Shown here piece after piece: positions 10,869-20,124 of a stretch of 64,000 bases of DNA. Made by a program: the position numbers and the translations under genes. The notes below the pieces were generated by a model. The model was not told the origin of the DNA. It searched no databases and was given only the letters and a program-made list of their open reading frames with translations. Origin of the DNA: a virus (lineage: Duplodnaviria > Caudoviricetes); IMG/VR virus record IMGVR_UViG_3300033073_001516, positions 87,747-151,746 of that record; one strand, given 5' to 3'. Position 1 is the stretch's first letter. Each line of letters opens with the position of its first letter.

Positions 10869-11644
10869 GATCTAAACAATACCCAAGCTCTTTCGTCTTT
10901 TTCATCGTAAGTTTGAAGAAGACCGTCATTTCTATAATGAAATAATCTAAGCTGCGTGTCATAGCCGATCATGTATTTCTTATAGTAAGGATCGTCTGAG
11001 ATATGAGAATATCTGCTTAAATCAGTTCCAGAATATTGGAATCTATCGTCGTCTATGATATGAACGCAATTCATAACACCTGACCATTTTTTCAGATTGA
11101 TCATAGACTTTCCGCGTGTCTTGAACAGACCGTCAATGCCTAATGCTTTTCCGCGAACTCTAGTGTCCTCGCTCCATCGGTGAACGCTTTGCTCAATGAC
11201 TGATCTATTGAGGTCAATAGGACATCTCATATCGAAAGATGCGAGATAAATCTTCGGAGTATCTGATGGCAGAGTGATGATGTATTCTTGAATCGTGCTC
11301 AGGCTAGTAGGAACTACGAACTCGTCAACATCGATACAAGCTGCCCAATCGAAATCTTCTTGCTTAAGAATGTGACATCCCCTTCTTAAGCTGTCCCTTA
11401 TTCTGACCTGAAGCTCTTCTGATCCTGCGTAAGTATTTTGATTCTCTGTACTGAACTTAGTACCATGATCAAGAGCTTTTAAAATAGAAACTCCAGGGAT
11501 ACCAGCGACAACTTCTTGCAAATTGTCGGTCGATCCATCATCGAATATGATGAATCTTTCAACTCCAACTTTCTTGTGAAAATTTATCCACTCTAAAATT
11601 CGTCTTGATTCATTCCTAACTTGAGTGACTGCGCCGATTTTCAT
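10865..11644 (-). CDS. GT-A glycosyltransferase (GT2/GT92-like)
   Basis: VRNE..ILEWINFH, FDDGSTD, IDVDEF. Confidence 0.85.
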   Translation of the reverse strand: MKIGAVTQVRNESRRILEWINFHKKVGVERFIIFDDGSTDNLQEVVAGIPGVSILKALDHGTKFSTENQNTYAGSEELQVRIRDSLRRGCHILKQEDFDWAACIDVDEFVVPTSLSTIQEYIITLPSDTPKIYLASFDMRCPIDLNRSVIEQSVHRWSEDTRVRGKALGIDGLFKTRGKSMINLKKWSGVMNCVHIIDDDRFQYSGTDLSRYSHISDDPYYKKYMIGYDTQLRLFHYRNDGLLQTYDEKDERAWVLFRS

Positions 11645-11675
11645 TTAAGAAATTACCCACTGTAGAATTTTGAAA

Positions 11676-12422
11676 CTATATTTCAGACCAAATTCTTTTA
11701 AACTTCAAAAATTCTTCAGCGGCTTTTTGAAATGAAGAGCCAGTTACCTCGACGCATAAGCTTGGAATTTTCTCATAAAGCTTTTTGACTTTTTTAAGAG
11801 TGTCAAAGTTTATAGATTCTAAGAATTTGTCAGAGTAATTTCTATCAGAAATATGAAGAGAGCGAATTGCTCCGACGTAGATTTCATCTATTTCGATAGG
11901 CTCGTCCAAGAACACATGAAAGTTTATGTTACAGCTCTTGTATTTGTTGGAAGAAATTCTTTCATGAATTTCTACTGCGCTCTGACCCCAAATTCCAGGG
12001 AAAGCATCTAGATTCTCTATCAACAATTTCTTACCGTGATCATGACATATCTCATCCATCACTTTTAGTGCCCTGACGGTAGCTTCAATATCAGAGCGTT
12101 GCTTAGGAGAGCCTAGAAGAAGAGAATCGCAAGAAAGATAATCTGAAGCTTCAATCAATTTTTCGATGTGGCATCTCAACAGATCTAAATCGTAGAATGA
12201 GCTCTCAGATCCAAAGAAGATACTTTGCAGAGAATTGCAGACAATTTTTTGAGACATCAAATCATTTGACATCTTTTTTAGATCTTCTCTGCTCGCAGTT
12301 GCAATTTCTTTATGTCCAAGACATGAAGTTATGGAAACATCCAGCTGCTCAATTTCAAACTTGCTCAAATTTTTTAGATCTGATTCGTTAATTTGAAGAC
12401 CTGCCGTCGTTATCCCAATCAT
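11676..12422 (-). CDS. Sugar-phosphate isomerase/epimerase TIM-barrel protein (divergent)
   Basis: SLQSIFFG, LLGSPKQR, LLIEN, HISD pattern; lies in a triplet with the epimerase and FAD oxidoreductase. Confidence 0.65.
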   Translation of the reverse strand: MIGITTAGLQINESDLKNLSKFEIEQLDVSITSCLGHKEIATASREDLKKMSNDLMSQKIVCNSLQSIFFGSESSFYDLDLLRCHIEKLIEASDYLSCDSLLLGSPKQRSDIEATVRALKVMDEICHDHGKKLLIENLDAFPGIWGQSAVEIHERISSNKYKSCNINFHVFLDEPIEIDEIYVGAIRSLHISDRNYSDKFLESINFDTLKKVKKLYEKIPSLCVEVTGSSFQKAAEEFLKFKRIWSEI

Positions 12423-13152
12423 GTATGAACTCCTTAATATCATTCAAGGTTTGATCTTTGCTCAAGTAATATCCAGACTCGAAGAATCCGCTCTTCATAT
12501 TGTATCTGGGACCTTGATTGACGTTATTCACTGATGATAGCTTATCCGGAAAGAACGTTTCAATAATTTCTGACGTGTTAATAGGCTCTGTTGAAAGATT
12601 CAAGATGTTAATCTTTTCTGAGAATTCAATGATGCTTTTCAAGTGCCTCAAATCAAACCACTGAAATGATGAATTTGATCTGATCTCATGGAGGTTATTG
12701 CTATTCATGAGATCGAACATGTAATTCTTCTCCAGAAATTTTCCAAATAGAGCCGGGAGTCTGATCACACTAGCGTCAAAGTGATCCAGAAGAGCTCTCT
12801 CTATCATTCTTCGATTTTTACCGTAGGCATGATTCGAATATTCATCACAGAGTTCATTATTGACGTTAGATGGATCGTTAAAAACGTCCACGGTCGAAAA
12901 ATGATAAATCTTTCTTATCTTCGATGATGTGAGATGATCAATTAAAGATAAGCAATTGTCCTCATCGATTTTTGGAGAAGCATTTGCAATCCACTTTTTT
13001 GCGCTAGGAGCAGCACAGAACACTACATCATGTTCTTCTTTTCTCAAATCATGAACATTCTTACTATCAAATTGCTTAATTTCAAAATCGTTGAATTGCT
13101 GGACCAGGTGCTTAGCGACTAATCCCTTTCCTATCAAAGTGATTTTTTGCAT
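12388..13152 (-). CDS. NAD(P)-dependent epimerase-like protein
   Basis: APSAKKWIAN, STVDVF, YGKNR, RLPALFG. Confidence 0.75.
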   Translation of the reverse strand: MQKITLIGKGLVAKHLVQQFNDFEIKQFDSKNVHDLRKEEHDVVFCAAPSAKKWIANASPKIDEDNCLSLIDHLTSSKIRKIYHFSTVDVFNDPSNVNNELCDEYSNHAYGKNRRMIERALLDHFDASVIRLPALFGKFLEKNYMFDLMNSNNLHEIRSNSSFQWFDLRHLKSIIEFSEKINILNLSTEPINTSEIIETFFPDKLSSVNNVNQGPRYNMKSGFFESGYYLSKDQTLNDIKEFIHDWDNDGRSSN

Positions 13153-14155
13153 ATGTTACTATCTCATTTGAAACGTGACAGACGGTTGTAATTTTCCCTT
13201 GAAGAATTGAAATCTTGTTTCCCGAAAAGGTGATATCACTTGTTCTGACATCGTTTTTATCATTCAACCTCTTCACTTTGTAGCTCAGATATTGACCTAT
13301 CGGCTCAAATTTCATCTTAAAGAAATCAGAAGACATCTCGATTATTTCTCTATTAGCTCTATCGATATCATGATCGCTCAAATTTTTTCTAAACTCTTTT
13401 GCTTCTAACAGAGAGTTAGACTTAAAAATTGGAGTCTTTTCAACATGAGATAGAGTGAAAACTTCTTCATTCTCAGTTGGATAAAGAGACGGGAATTTCC
13501 CGTCCATCACTGTAAATGCAAATCTTTGATCATCGAATGGATTCTTCACAAGAGATAGAATGCATATCTCATACTTCATAGAAGTTTCAGACGATAGAGA
13601 AAAATCTCTGTAGCTACAGTTGATGATCAGATCATGCTTCAAACTTTCTACGTTCTCTATTTCATGATTGAAGTGCAATGTAACTTTATTAGATTTTGCA
13701 ATATTTCTCGTTACTTTCTTTCTGATCGCTGAGTTGTTCAAGCCCTTTTCATCAACCAAGAATCCTGCTTGAAGCATATCAACTTTTAGATATCGTTCAT
13801 AATCTTTAAGAGCTACTTCAGATATGTTGTGTGACTCGAAAGTTTCGGCAAACTTTTTCGAGTTAGTCAAGCTGTTGTCTTTAGCTATTAGATACAGGTT
13901 GCTTTCGATTGGAAACGTGCAATCATTGAACTTTTCCATAAATGAAGCGTTTGTTGACAGTATTTGCTTGATCGTTTCTGATGAACGTGGGTAATGATAG
14001 CCCATATGAAGTCTATGCTGATTGTTGTAAGAAGCTTCACGCATCAAATCAGAATTTTTCTCATATAGATCAATTCCATCAACAAAATCTAGAGCAGCCA
14101 GATCAATTGAAATCTGGCACCCAAACAGTCCGCCCCCTATTACTGCAACATTCAT
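13112..14155 (-). CDS. FAD-dependent oxidoreductase
   Basis: VIGGGLFG, ASYNNQHRLHMGYHYPRS, TVMDG. Confidence 0.85.
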   Translation of the reverse strand: MNVAVIGGGLFGCQISIDLAALDFVDGIDLYEKNSDLMREASYNNQHRLHMGYHYPRSSETIKQILSTNASFMEKFNDCTFPIESNLYLIAKDNSLTNSKKFAETFESHNISEVALKDYERYLKVDMLQAGFLVDEKGLNNSAIRKKVTRNIAKSNKVTLHFNHEIENVESLKHDLIINCSYRDFSLSSETSMKYEICILSLVKNPFDDQRFAFTVMDGKFPSLYPTENEEVFTLSHVEKTPIFKSNSLLEAKEFRKNLSDHDIDRANREIIEMSSDFFKMKFEPIGQYLSYKVKRLNDKNDVRTSDITFSGNKISILQGKITTVCHVSNEIVTYAKNHFDRKGISR

Positions 14156-14883
14156 TTTCTAGAAATCTCGTCCAACAAAATTCTATGATATTCTTGCTCA
14201 AGTGACCTGTTATTCTCGAACTTTATTCTTGTATGAGTAGCCCTAGAAGAAAAATCAATGACTTTTTGTATCTCTTTTGTCGCAAAGAGAACATCAACTC
14301 GTGGTATCTGCTGGATGTTGATGCCCATAGAATCAAGAACTTTCCCTATGAATATGTCATCAGTTCCTGGATAATTGCTACAATCAACTTCATCGACAAA
14401 ATTCAGAATTCTTCTGATCAAATCTTTGGAAAAGATTGCCCCAGCACCGGATGGAAATTCAAAATTTGATCCGTCGAATGAATGAATTCCTGTAAGCGCT
14501 TTGCAATCGAAACTTTCAGTATCATTGCACTCAGATTCTAGCTTTTTAACGTTGACAAACGTAGAGAGATTTGTCACAAATGCAAAGTCAAAATCATTTG
14601 ACTCTCTAAAGAAAAAATCAAAAGCCGACAGAACTTTCTCTTTTAAAGACCCCCAGTAGTTCTCTTCATGGCGCACCCAAAGCGTATCATCATCTAATAC
14701 GCATCTTTCTGCTATCCCAGGATCAGCTTTAACGTAGATGAACTTAACATTTTCAGAAGTTTTAGAATTTTCTCTTGATAGAATCTCAAGATTTTCATAT
14801 AAATCGTTGTGATAATCTACGAATCTAGAGTCGTGGCTTTTCACAAGAACAAGTATTTTCTTAGAAGCCACATCACGCTCCAA
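14152..14883 (-). CDS. GT31/galactosyltransferase-like protein
   Basis: TNLSTFV, FPSGAG, DDIFIG. Confidence 0.65.
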   Translation of the reverse strand: MERDVASKKILVLVKSHDSRFVDYHNDLYENLEILSRENSKTSENVKFIYVKADPGIAERCVLDDDTLWVRHEENYWGSLKEKVLSAFDFFFRESNDFDFAFVTNLSTFVNVKKLESECNDTESFDCKALTGIHSFDGSNFEFPSGAGAIFSKDLIRRILNFVDEVDCSNYPGTDDIFIGKVLDSMGINIQQIPRVDVLFATKEIQKVIDFSSRATHTRIKFENNRSLEQEYHRILLDEISRK

Positions 14884-15619
14884 GGATTAAATTAACAAGC
14901 CGATCTATCTCTTGCTTATGCTCGTGATAAGGACGAATGCTATGAGAGTCTACATACACATCTGAATTGAGAAGAGCATCCTCACTGTATCTCCAATTAG
15001 AGCGATCTATTCTATGACCATGACGCTGCAAGAAAACAAAATCGCTTTTGTCGCTGTGATTCACGATTTTCATAGTAGCGTATGATTCATCTATGCCCCA
15101 CAGATTGAAACCCATGTGATCAACATGCAAGAGTTGATCCTGATAAGAAGTCAGCTCTTTCAAAGAAGAGTCAAACTGATCAGGCAGCTCAAGAACTTTC
15201 TTGAAAGACTTTCCCTTGGCGACATGATAGCAGCTCGGAAGTGAACCATTCGTGACCGGATTCAAATGAACATACTTCTCGCTGTCAATTGTCGAGAGCT
15301 GATCCACAAAATATCTTTTAGAGATTGGAAACATATCAATATCAGATATGACAGAAACTTTCTCTGGGTGCAGAGTCGGATACCAGTATCTCACCCATAG
15401 GCATTGAAGATAAGTTGGGACACCAGCAACCGGATCAATGTTGATCACTGTCCCGTATCTTGTGTCAAAATCATTGATGTTAAAAGACTCTTTGTCTTTC
15501 AGAACAAGAAGGACTGGTTCAATACCCATCTTTTCCTTCCAAACTTTGGAGACCGGAGACCAGAAATCAGAGTAAAGCTTATTATCATCAACGCTGTGAA
15601 TCGCAAAATCTATTTTCAT
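14873..15619 (-). CDS. Putative GT-A fold glycosyltransferase
   Basis: ISDIDM DxD motif; lies in the glycan cluster. Confidence 0.55.
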   Translation of the reverse strand: MKIDFAIHSVDDNKLYSDFWSPVSKVWKEKMGIEPVLLVLKDKESFNINDFDTRYGTVINIDPVAGVPTYLQCLWVRYWYPTLHPEKVSVISDIDMFPISKRYFVDQLSTIDSEKYVHLNPVTNGSLPSCYHVAKGKSFKKVLELPDQFDSSLKELTSYQDQLLHVDHMGFNLWGIDESYATMKIVNHSDKSDFVFLQRHGHRIDRSNWRYSEDALLNSDVYVDSHSIRPYHEHKQEIDRLVNLILGA

Positions 15620-15636
15620 GTTATAAGCTCCTCGAT

Positions 15637-16227
15637 TTAGTTCGCAGTCTTCTGAAGCCAAAGCTGATATGCTACGTTAAACACGTTTATCTTATGCTGA
15701 TAAGAAAAGATGAAAGCATCTACTGCGGGCTTAACGTCAGAAATTGTTGTCAGCTTACCGCCCAGATAGTCATCGAATATCATGACACCGCCCAGCTTCA
15801 GAAGTTCAAAGCAATTCACTGCATCAAACATCACGTCACAAGCCATATGACTTCCATCAACGTAGATCACGTCAAACTTCTCGCTGGATGTCAAAAGTTC
15901 TGGAAGAGCTGTAGAGCTAGTCTTTTGAATCACTCTCATCTTTTCGTGCCATTCTCTTGTGTTATTGTCGAATCTTTCGCGAAGATTTCCAAGATCAATT
16001 CCAGAATGTTCAACTGATCCAGTAAAAGGATCGATGCAAGTAAGACGAGAAGAATCGTGAGTTAGAACGTTTTCCATCAGCCAGCAAGCGCTTCTACCCT
16101 CGAAAGATCCAATCTCCAAAAAATTTAGATTCTGCTGATCTGCAAAATTTTGTCTAATGATCTGATCCCAGTAGGGCAAATTAGAGCTGAACCAATCTTG
16201 AGTAAAAAGCTTGTTAGACATTGACAA
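15637..16227 (-). CDS. Class I SAM-dependent methyltransferase (Methyltransf_24-like)
   Basis: LEIGSFEGRS, FDVIYVDGSH, GGVMIFDDY. Confidence 0.9.
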   Translation of the reverse strand: MSMSNKLFTQDWFSSNLPYWDQIIRQNFADQQNLNFLEIGSFEGRSACWLMENVLTHDSSRLTCIDPFTGSVEHSGIDLGNLRERFDNNTREWHEKMRVIQKTSSTALPELLTSSEKFDVIYVDGSHMACDVMFDAVNCFELLKLGGVMIFDDYLGGKLTTISDVKPAVDAFIFSYQHKINVFNVAYQLWLQKTAN

Positions 16228-16249
16228 ATCTCCCTTATTATGATTTCTA

Positions 16250-16939
16250 TTATCTTAGATTCAAAGACTTCTGATATAGCTCATTCATTTTCTGAGAATT
16301 CATATAATGAAATGAAACGTTATCGTTGCTAACATCATATCCGGTGCTGTCTGATCTAAATTTTTCGCTATGAATTAGTTCAAAACTACCGATGTTTCTC
16401 ATCCAAAGACCAATAGAGATGTCACTATTATACGCTGTCGCAAACTCTACGTTAGATCTTAGATAATTTCTAATTGCTTTGAAGCCGACGCGATTTATAA
16501 CAAAACCAGCGCCGCCGCTAGGGTAGTCAACCGGAAGATTACAGTCTTTTCCTCTAAGAGACTGTAGCGGCATGCCTTGCTCTAGAGCCTCTTTTTGACC
16601 GTAGTTTCTAAAAATTCTTCCAAGACACTGCGGTTTCTCATTAGACATTTCACAATTCTCTATTTCTTTCTTAAGTGCCGCAATATCGACGTAAGTGTCG
16701 TCATCTTGGAAAAAATAGAAATCAAACTCATCATGAGAATTGCAAGACATTATGCCATATGCTAACTTAAATGGCACGTACTGATACCCAGTGGGTATTC
16801 CCAGGTACGCGATGGAGTCACTTCCGAATGAGTCTCCAAAAAACAAGTAAGAATCACAATCTTTCGCGTAAGTTTGACGGATGGTGTCTTGAAGACCAGC
16901 GTTCTTATCGCATGTGATGATCAAATTTTGAATTTTCAT
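16250..16939 (-). CDS. Fringe-like/GT31 glycosyltransferase
   Basis: FQDDDTYV, YPSGGAGFVI, DISIGLW, SFHY. Confidence 0.8.
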   Translation of the reverse strand: MKIQNLIITCDKNAGLQDTIRQTYAKDCDSYLFFGDSFGSDSIAYLGIPTGYQYVPFKLAYGIMSCNSHDEFDFYFFQDDDTYVDIAALKKEIENCEMSNEKPQCLGRIFRNYGQKEALEQGMPLQSLRGKDCNLPVDYPSGGAGFVINRVGFKAIRNYLRSNVEFATAYNSDISIGLWMRNIGSFELIHSEKFRSDSTGYDVSNDNVSFHYMNSQKMNELYQKSLNLR

Positions 16940-16940
16940 A

Positions 16941-17801
16941 TTACAGACCGGCTATCGCTATTAGATGCTTAGATCTTACATCGTAGCTGTGATAATTTTC
17001 AGATCTCACTCGTCCGAGATTAGCTATTTTTTCTCGCTCACTGTCGTTTTTGACAAAGTGATCTATCAAATACATTAGTTCGACTGCATTATGATACACG
17101 ACAATTTCTTCATTAATCTTGAAAAGTCTTTCAAGATTTGGAGTGTAATTCGTGATTAGCATCGCTCCAGAACCAGTAGCTTCAAAAGTTCTAAAATTGA
17201 TGTCATCAGCTATGTTTATGTTGAAAGCGATCTTATAGCTTGAGAGAGCTCTAACCATGTCGTTTCCAATCACAAAAATATCTTTTTTGAGATTAAATTT
17301 TTGAGAAATGAGATTAAGCCAGGCCTCTCTGTCTCCGATAAGAGAGCCGCAGAATCCAATATCAACATTTCTTTCAATGTTTTGATCTGGCTTGATCAAA
17401 TCAGAAGGATATCCATTCGGAAACCACACTGCAGATCCGACCATTCCCCTGAAATGATCAATATGATGTATGTTAGACATTAGAAGAGCGTCAAACTTGT
17501 GCTTCATACAATGAGCTTGATGATTCTGAAGAGCACAATGAGAATCAATGCTCCAGAACATTTTCTTTCCCTTGAAACCAGAGATATCTGGGTGCCATCC
17601 TGAGTCATAATTCTCAAGGCTCAACAAAGCATCGCAATCTTTCGAAACTTCACGGAAAGGAATCGAGAAGTTATCGTAGTTTAGGCCCCATACAACTGCC
17701 TCATGTCCGGCTCTCTCGATGCCGCGCTTAAGACATAAAGCTTCTCTAAACTCCCTATTTGCTTCATTTCTTCCGCGCTCTTGTATTAGCAAAATCTTCA
17801 T
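16941..17801 (-). CDS. CgeB-like glycosyltransferase (Glyco_trans_1_2)
   Basis: DIGFCG, KIAFN, NFRTFEATGSGAMLIT. Confidence 0.85.
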   Translation of the reverse strand: MKILLIQERGRNEANREFREALCLKRGIERAGHEAVVWGLNYDNFSIPFREVSKDCDALLSLENYDSGWHPDISGFKGKKMFWSIDSHCALQNHQAHCMKHKFDALLMSNIHHIDHFRGMVGSAVWFPNGYPSDLIKPDQNIERNVDIGFCGSLIGDREAWLNLISQKFNLKKDIFVIGNDMVRALSSYKIAFNINIADDINFRTFEATGSGAMLITNYTPNLERLFKINEEIVVYHNAVELMYLIDHFVKNDSEREKIANLGRVRSENYHSYDVRSKHLIAIAGL

Positions 17802-18448
17802 AGAGCAGCTCTCAATGCAACTTTTTGTTCTTCAACAGCAACATCATTTTCATCGAATGCTAAGCCTACAAACTCATCATTAACACGATCGGTTGGAAAT
17901 GGAATCTTTTGAAAAAATTCATCGTGAACAATTGAAAATTGAGCAACTTTTGGATACACAACTTCGCGTAAGAAATTTTGATCTACCTGCCAGAAATCTC
18001 CCTTCACATATTCGCGAATGAGATTGCTCATGTTGCTGAGAAGTGGAGCTCTCACTCCCCACATTCCTCCCAAAATTTCAGTAGCGTGATGAGGATGATC
18101 TCGCATGATATGAAACATCGCATTACTTCCGAGCCACTGCTTCACCGCAGCCACCTCACGAGCAGTTATCCTACTGTCGCAGTCTCGGCTGATCATAACA
18201 TCGACCTCAGGGTCAGAAGCAGCTTCAAATCTCCAGAACATTCCCGTCCAATCACCGGGCTTCTTCATATCAATCACATGAGCACCACGCTCATGAAGAC
18301 CATTGATAGTTTCAACAGGCGTGTTAGTACCCACATAAAATCTAGCCTGCCACCCAGGGTATAGCTCGCTGACAAGCTCAGCATTTCTGAGAGCTCCAAC
18401 GTTGTACTTCGGATTATCTCCCCACAAAGAATAAGAAACCACTCTCAT
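17798..18448 (-). CDS. Putative glycosyltransferase
   Basis: SYSLWG, MFWRF, ISRDCDSR, MRDHP.H, DQNFL. Confidence 0.65.
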   Translation of the reverse strand: MRVVSYSLWGDNPKYNVGALRNAELVSELYPGWQARFYVGTNTPVETINGLHERGAHVIDMKKPGDWTGMFWRFEAASDPEVDVMISRDCDSRITAREVAAVKQWLGSNAMFHIMRDHPHHATEILGGMWGVRAPLLSNMSNLIREYVKGDFWQVDQNFLREVVYPKVAQFSIVHDEFFQKIPFPTDRVNDEFVGLAFDENDVAVEEQKVALRAAL

Positions 18449-20034
18449 CCGTTCAGCCCGAACATGTTCTGAGCTCTTTGAGCAAACATCATATGATCTC
18501 TCATCACATGTTGATTGTTGACTGCGTACGTCATATCGATAGCCTCCTTGGTATTATCCGGATGCTCGTGGCGAATGATTACATCATCCACGTACGTTTG
18601 CTTTCCAAGAGCAAAAGCAACCTGCATGAACTCATTATCGCAGTAGAATGAGACGTAATCAGGATGGTAGAGGTATCCGAAACGATCGTAGTATCTCTTT
18701 CCCAAAACGATAAGAGTATTAAGCTTTTGCTTCTGATAACCATCTGAAAACCAGATAACTCCGTCCAGATCTGGGTAGTTTACCTTCATCTGTCGAATTA
18801 TCTCGAGGTCGTATCCCTCTCTTTCTGGAATCATATCGTCTGATGCTAATAAGCAGATGTCAAAATTTCGTCCCGACATGTCAGCATTGATAGCTTGGAT
18901 TTTCGTCTTGCTGCTACCATAGCAGACTTCAACGTTATCATACGATTCAAATCTCTTTCTAACTTCTTCATTGTTCATCGTAGAATCATCAAGATCACAT
19001 GATACTAGGAACTTAATGTTCTTAGATCTGCTAAGATCTCTGTAGCGCTCGAGAACTGAGAAAAACTTCTCTGGGCGACCACGAGTCGGAAACTTAACGA
19101 GAAGATTAGACTCCAAACTTTCACGACCCGACATAATGTCCAAAGTTCTCTGCCAGAAAACAGCTCTTCTATTGTGAAGCCATCTGAGGATGTTTAGAGG
19201 TTCATACTCGAGCCAAGTCTCTCCGAAGTGTTGAACATTCTCGTTAGATACTACCTGACATCCTAATAACTTAGATTCAGTAACCATTCTATTAGAAACA
19301 TCAGCTCCACGTGGTAGACAGACGAATCCTTCAGAATTAGCCATGGCTTCTAGAACTTGATCTGGACTCATATCCTTAATCAAGCTGAAATCTTTGTCGT
19401 TGTCGATCAACCACTTCTTTGCATCATCAGTTCCTTTGATCCAAGAATCTGAATCGAGAGTCAACCATCCAGACTTCTTTCTACCAGGAAGAGATTGAAT
19501 GAGAGGAACAATTTTGCCGAAGAACTCATCTCCAAACACCGCTGAAAGAACTGAGCAGTTCGCATTTTTCAAGCTTGGGAATCTATCAAAGTATCGATTC
19601 ATATGCTTCTGAGAGCAAAACCAGACCTGCTTAGCGTTTAAGTAGAACTGCTCAATGAGACGTCCCCAAGGTTCAGACTCACAATGACACTCCTCTTTAC
19701 CTTCAGCTAGATGCCTTTCAACAGATCTCCATCTACAGAACTTATAGTCATGTTCAAACACGGAGTAGCTAATTTTAGAGACTGAAAAAGCGTATATAAG
19801 TGCTGGGTTCAATTGAGAAAAATTACCAAAGACCCAGTGACAGTTTGCGTGACTCTCTACCATCTCTTTAGTGAGATGAGCTGAGTGAACTGTAGCGAAC
19901 GGAATCGGAGCTGAGCTGTGCAGAGCATCCATAGACAGCTCAGCCCCTCCTATTAGATCTGAGAGGAAAAAATCTTGAACAAAGACTAGACGTACATCAT
20001 GCTTTTTTTGATCTGAAAATGGACTGCTGAACAT
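18445..20034 (-). CDS. Two-domain glycosyltransferase (GT-B-like N-terminus plus GT-A C-terminus)
   Basis: GGAELS and RMVTESKLLG in the N-half; PTRGRP, ASDDMIP, YCDNEF in the C-half. Confidence 0.8.
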   Translation of the reverse strand: MFSSPFSDQKKHDVRLVFVQDFFLSDLIGGAELSMDALHSSAPIPFATVHSAHLTKEMVESHANCHWVFGNFSQLNPALIYAFSVSKISYSVFEHDYKFCRWRSVERHLAEGKEECHCESEPWGRLIEQFYLNAKQVWFCSQKHMNRYFDRFPSLKNANCSVLSAVFGDEFFGKIVPLIQSLPGRKKSGWLTLDSDSWIKGTDDAKKWLIDNDKDFSLIKDMSPDQVLEAMANSEGFVCLPRGADVSNRMVTESKLLGCQVVSNENVQHFGETWLEYEPLNILRWLHNRRAVFWQRTLDIMSGRESLESNLLVKFPTRGRPEKFFSVLERYRDLSRSKNIKFLVSCDLDDSTMNNEEVRKRFESYDNVEVCYGSSKTKIQAINADMSGRNFDICLLASDDMIPEREGYDLEIIRQMKVNYPDLDGVIWFSDGYQKQKLNTLIVLGKRYYDRFGYLYHPDYVSFYCDNEFMQVAFALGKQTYVDDVIIRHEHPDNTKEAIDMTYAVNNQHVMRDHMMFAQRAQNMFGLNG

Positions 20035-20124
20035 AGTACGATTATACGTGATCAGAGCCAAAAGCGAAAATTTAGATGCAAAAATGGTCGGCACTTGGCC
20101 GACCACTATGCTCAGACCATTTGA

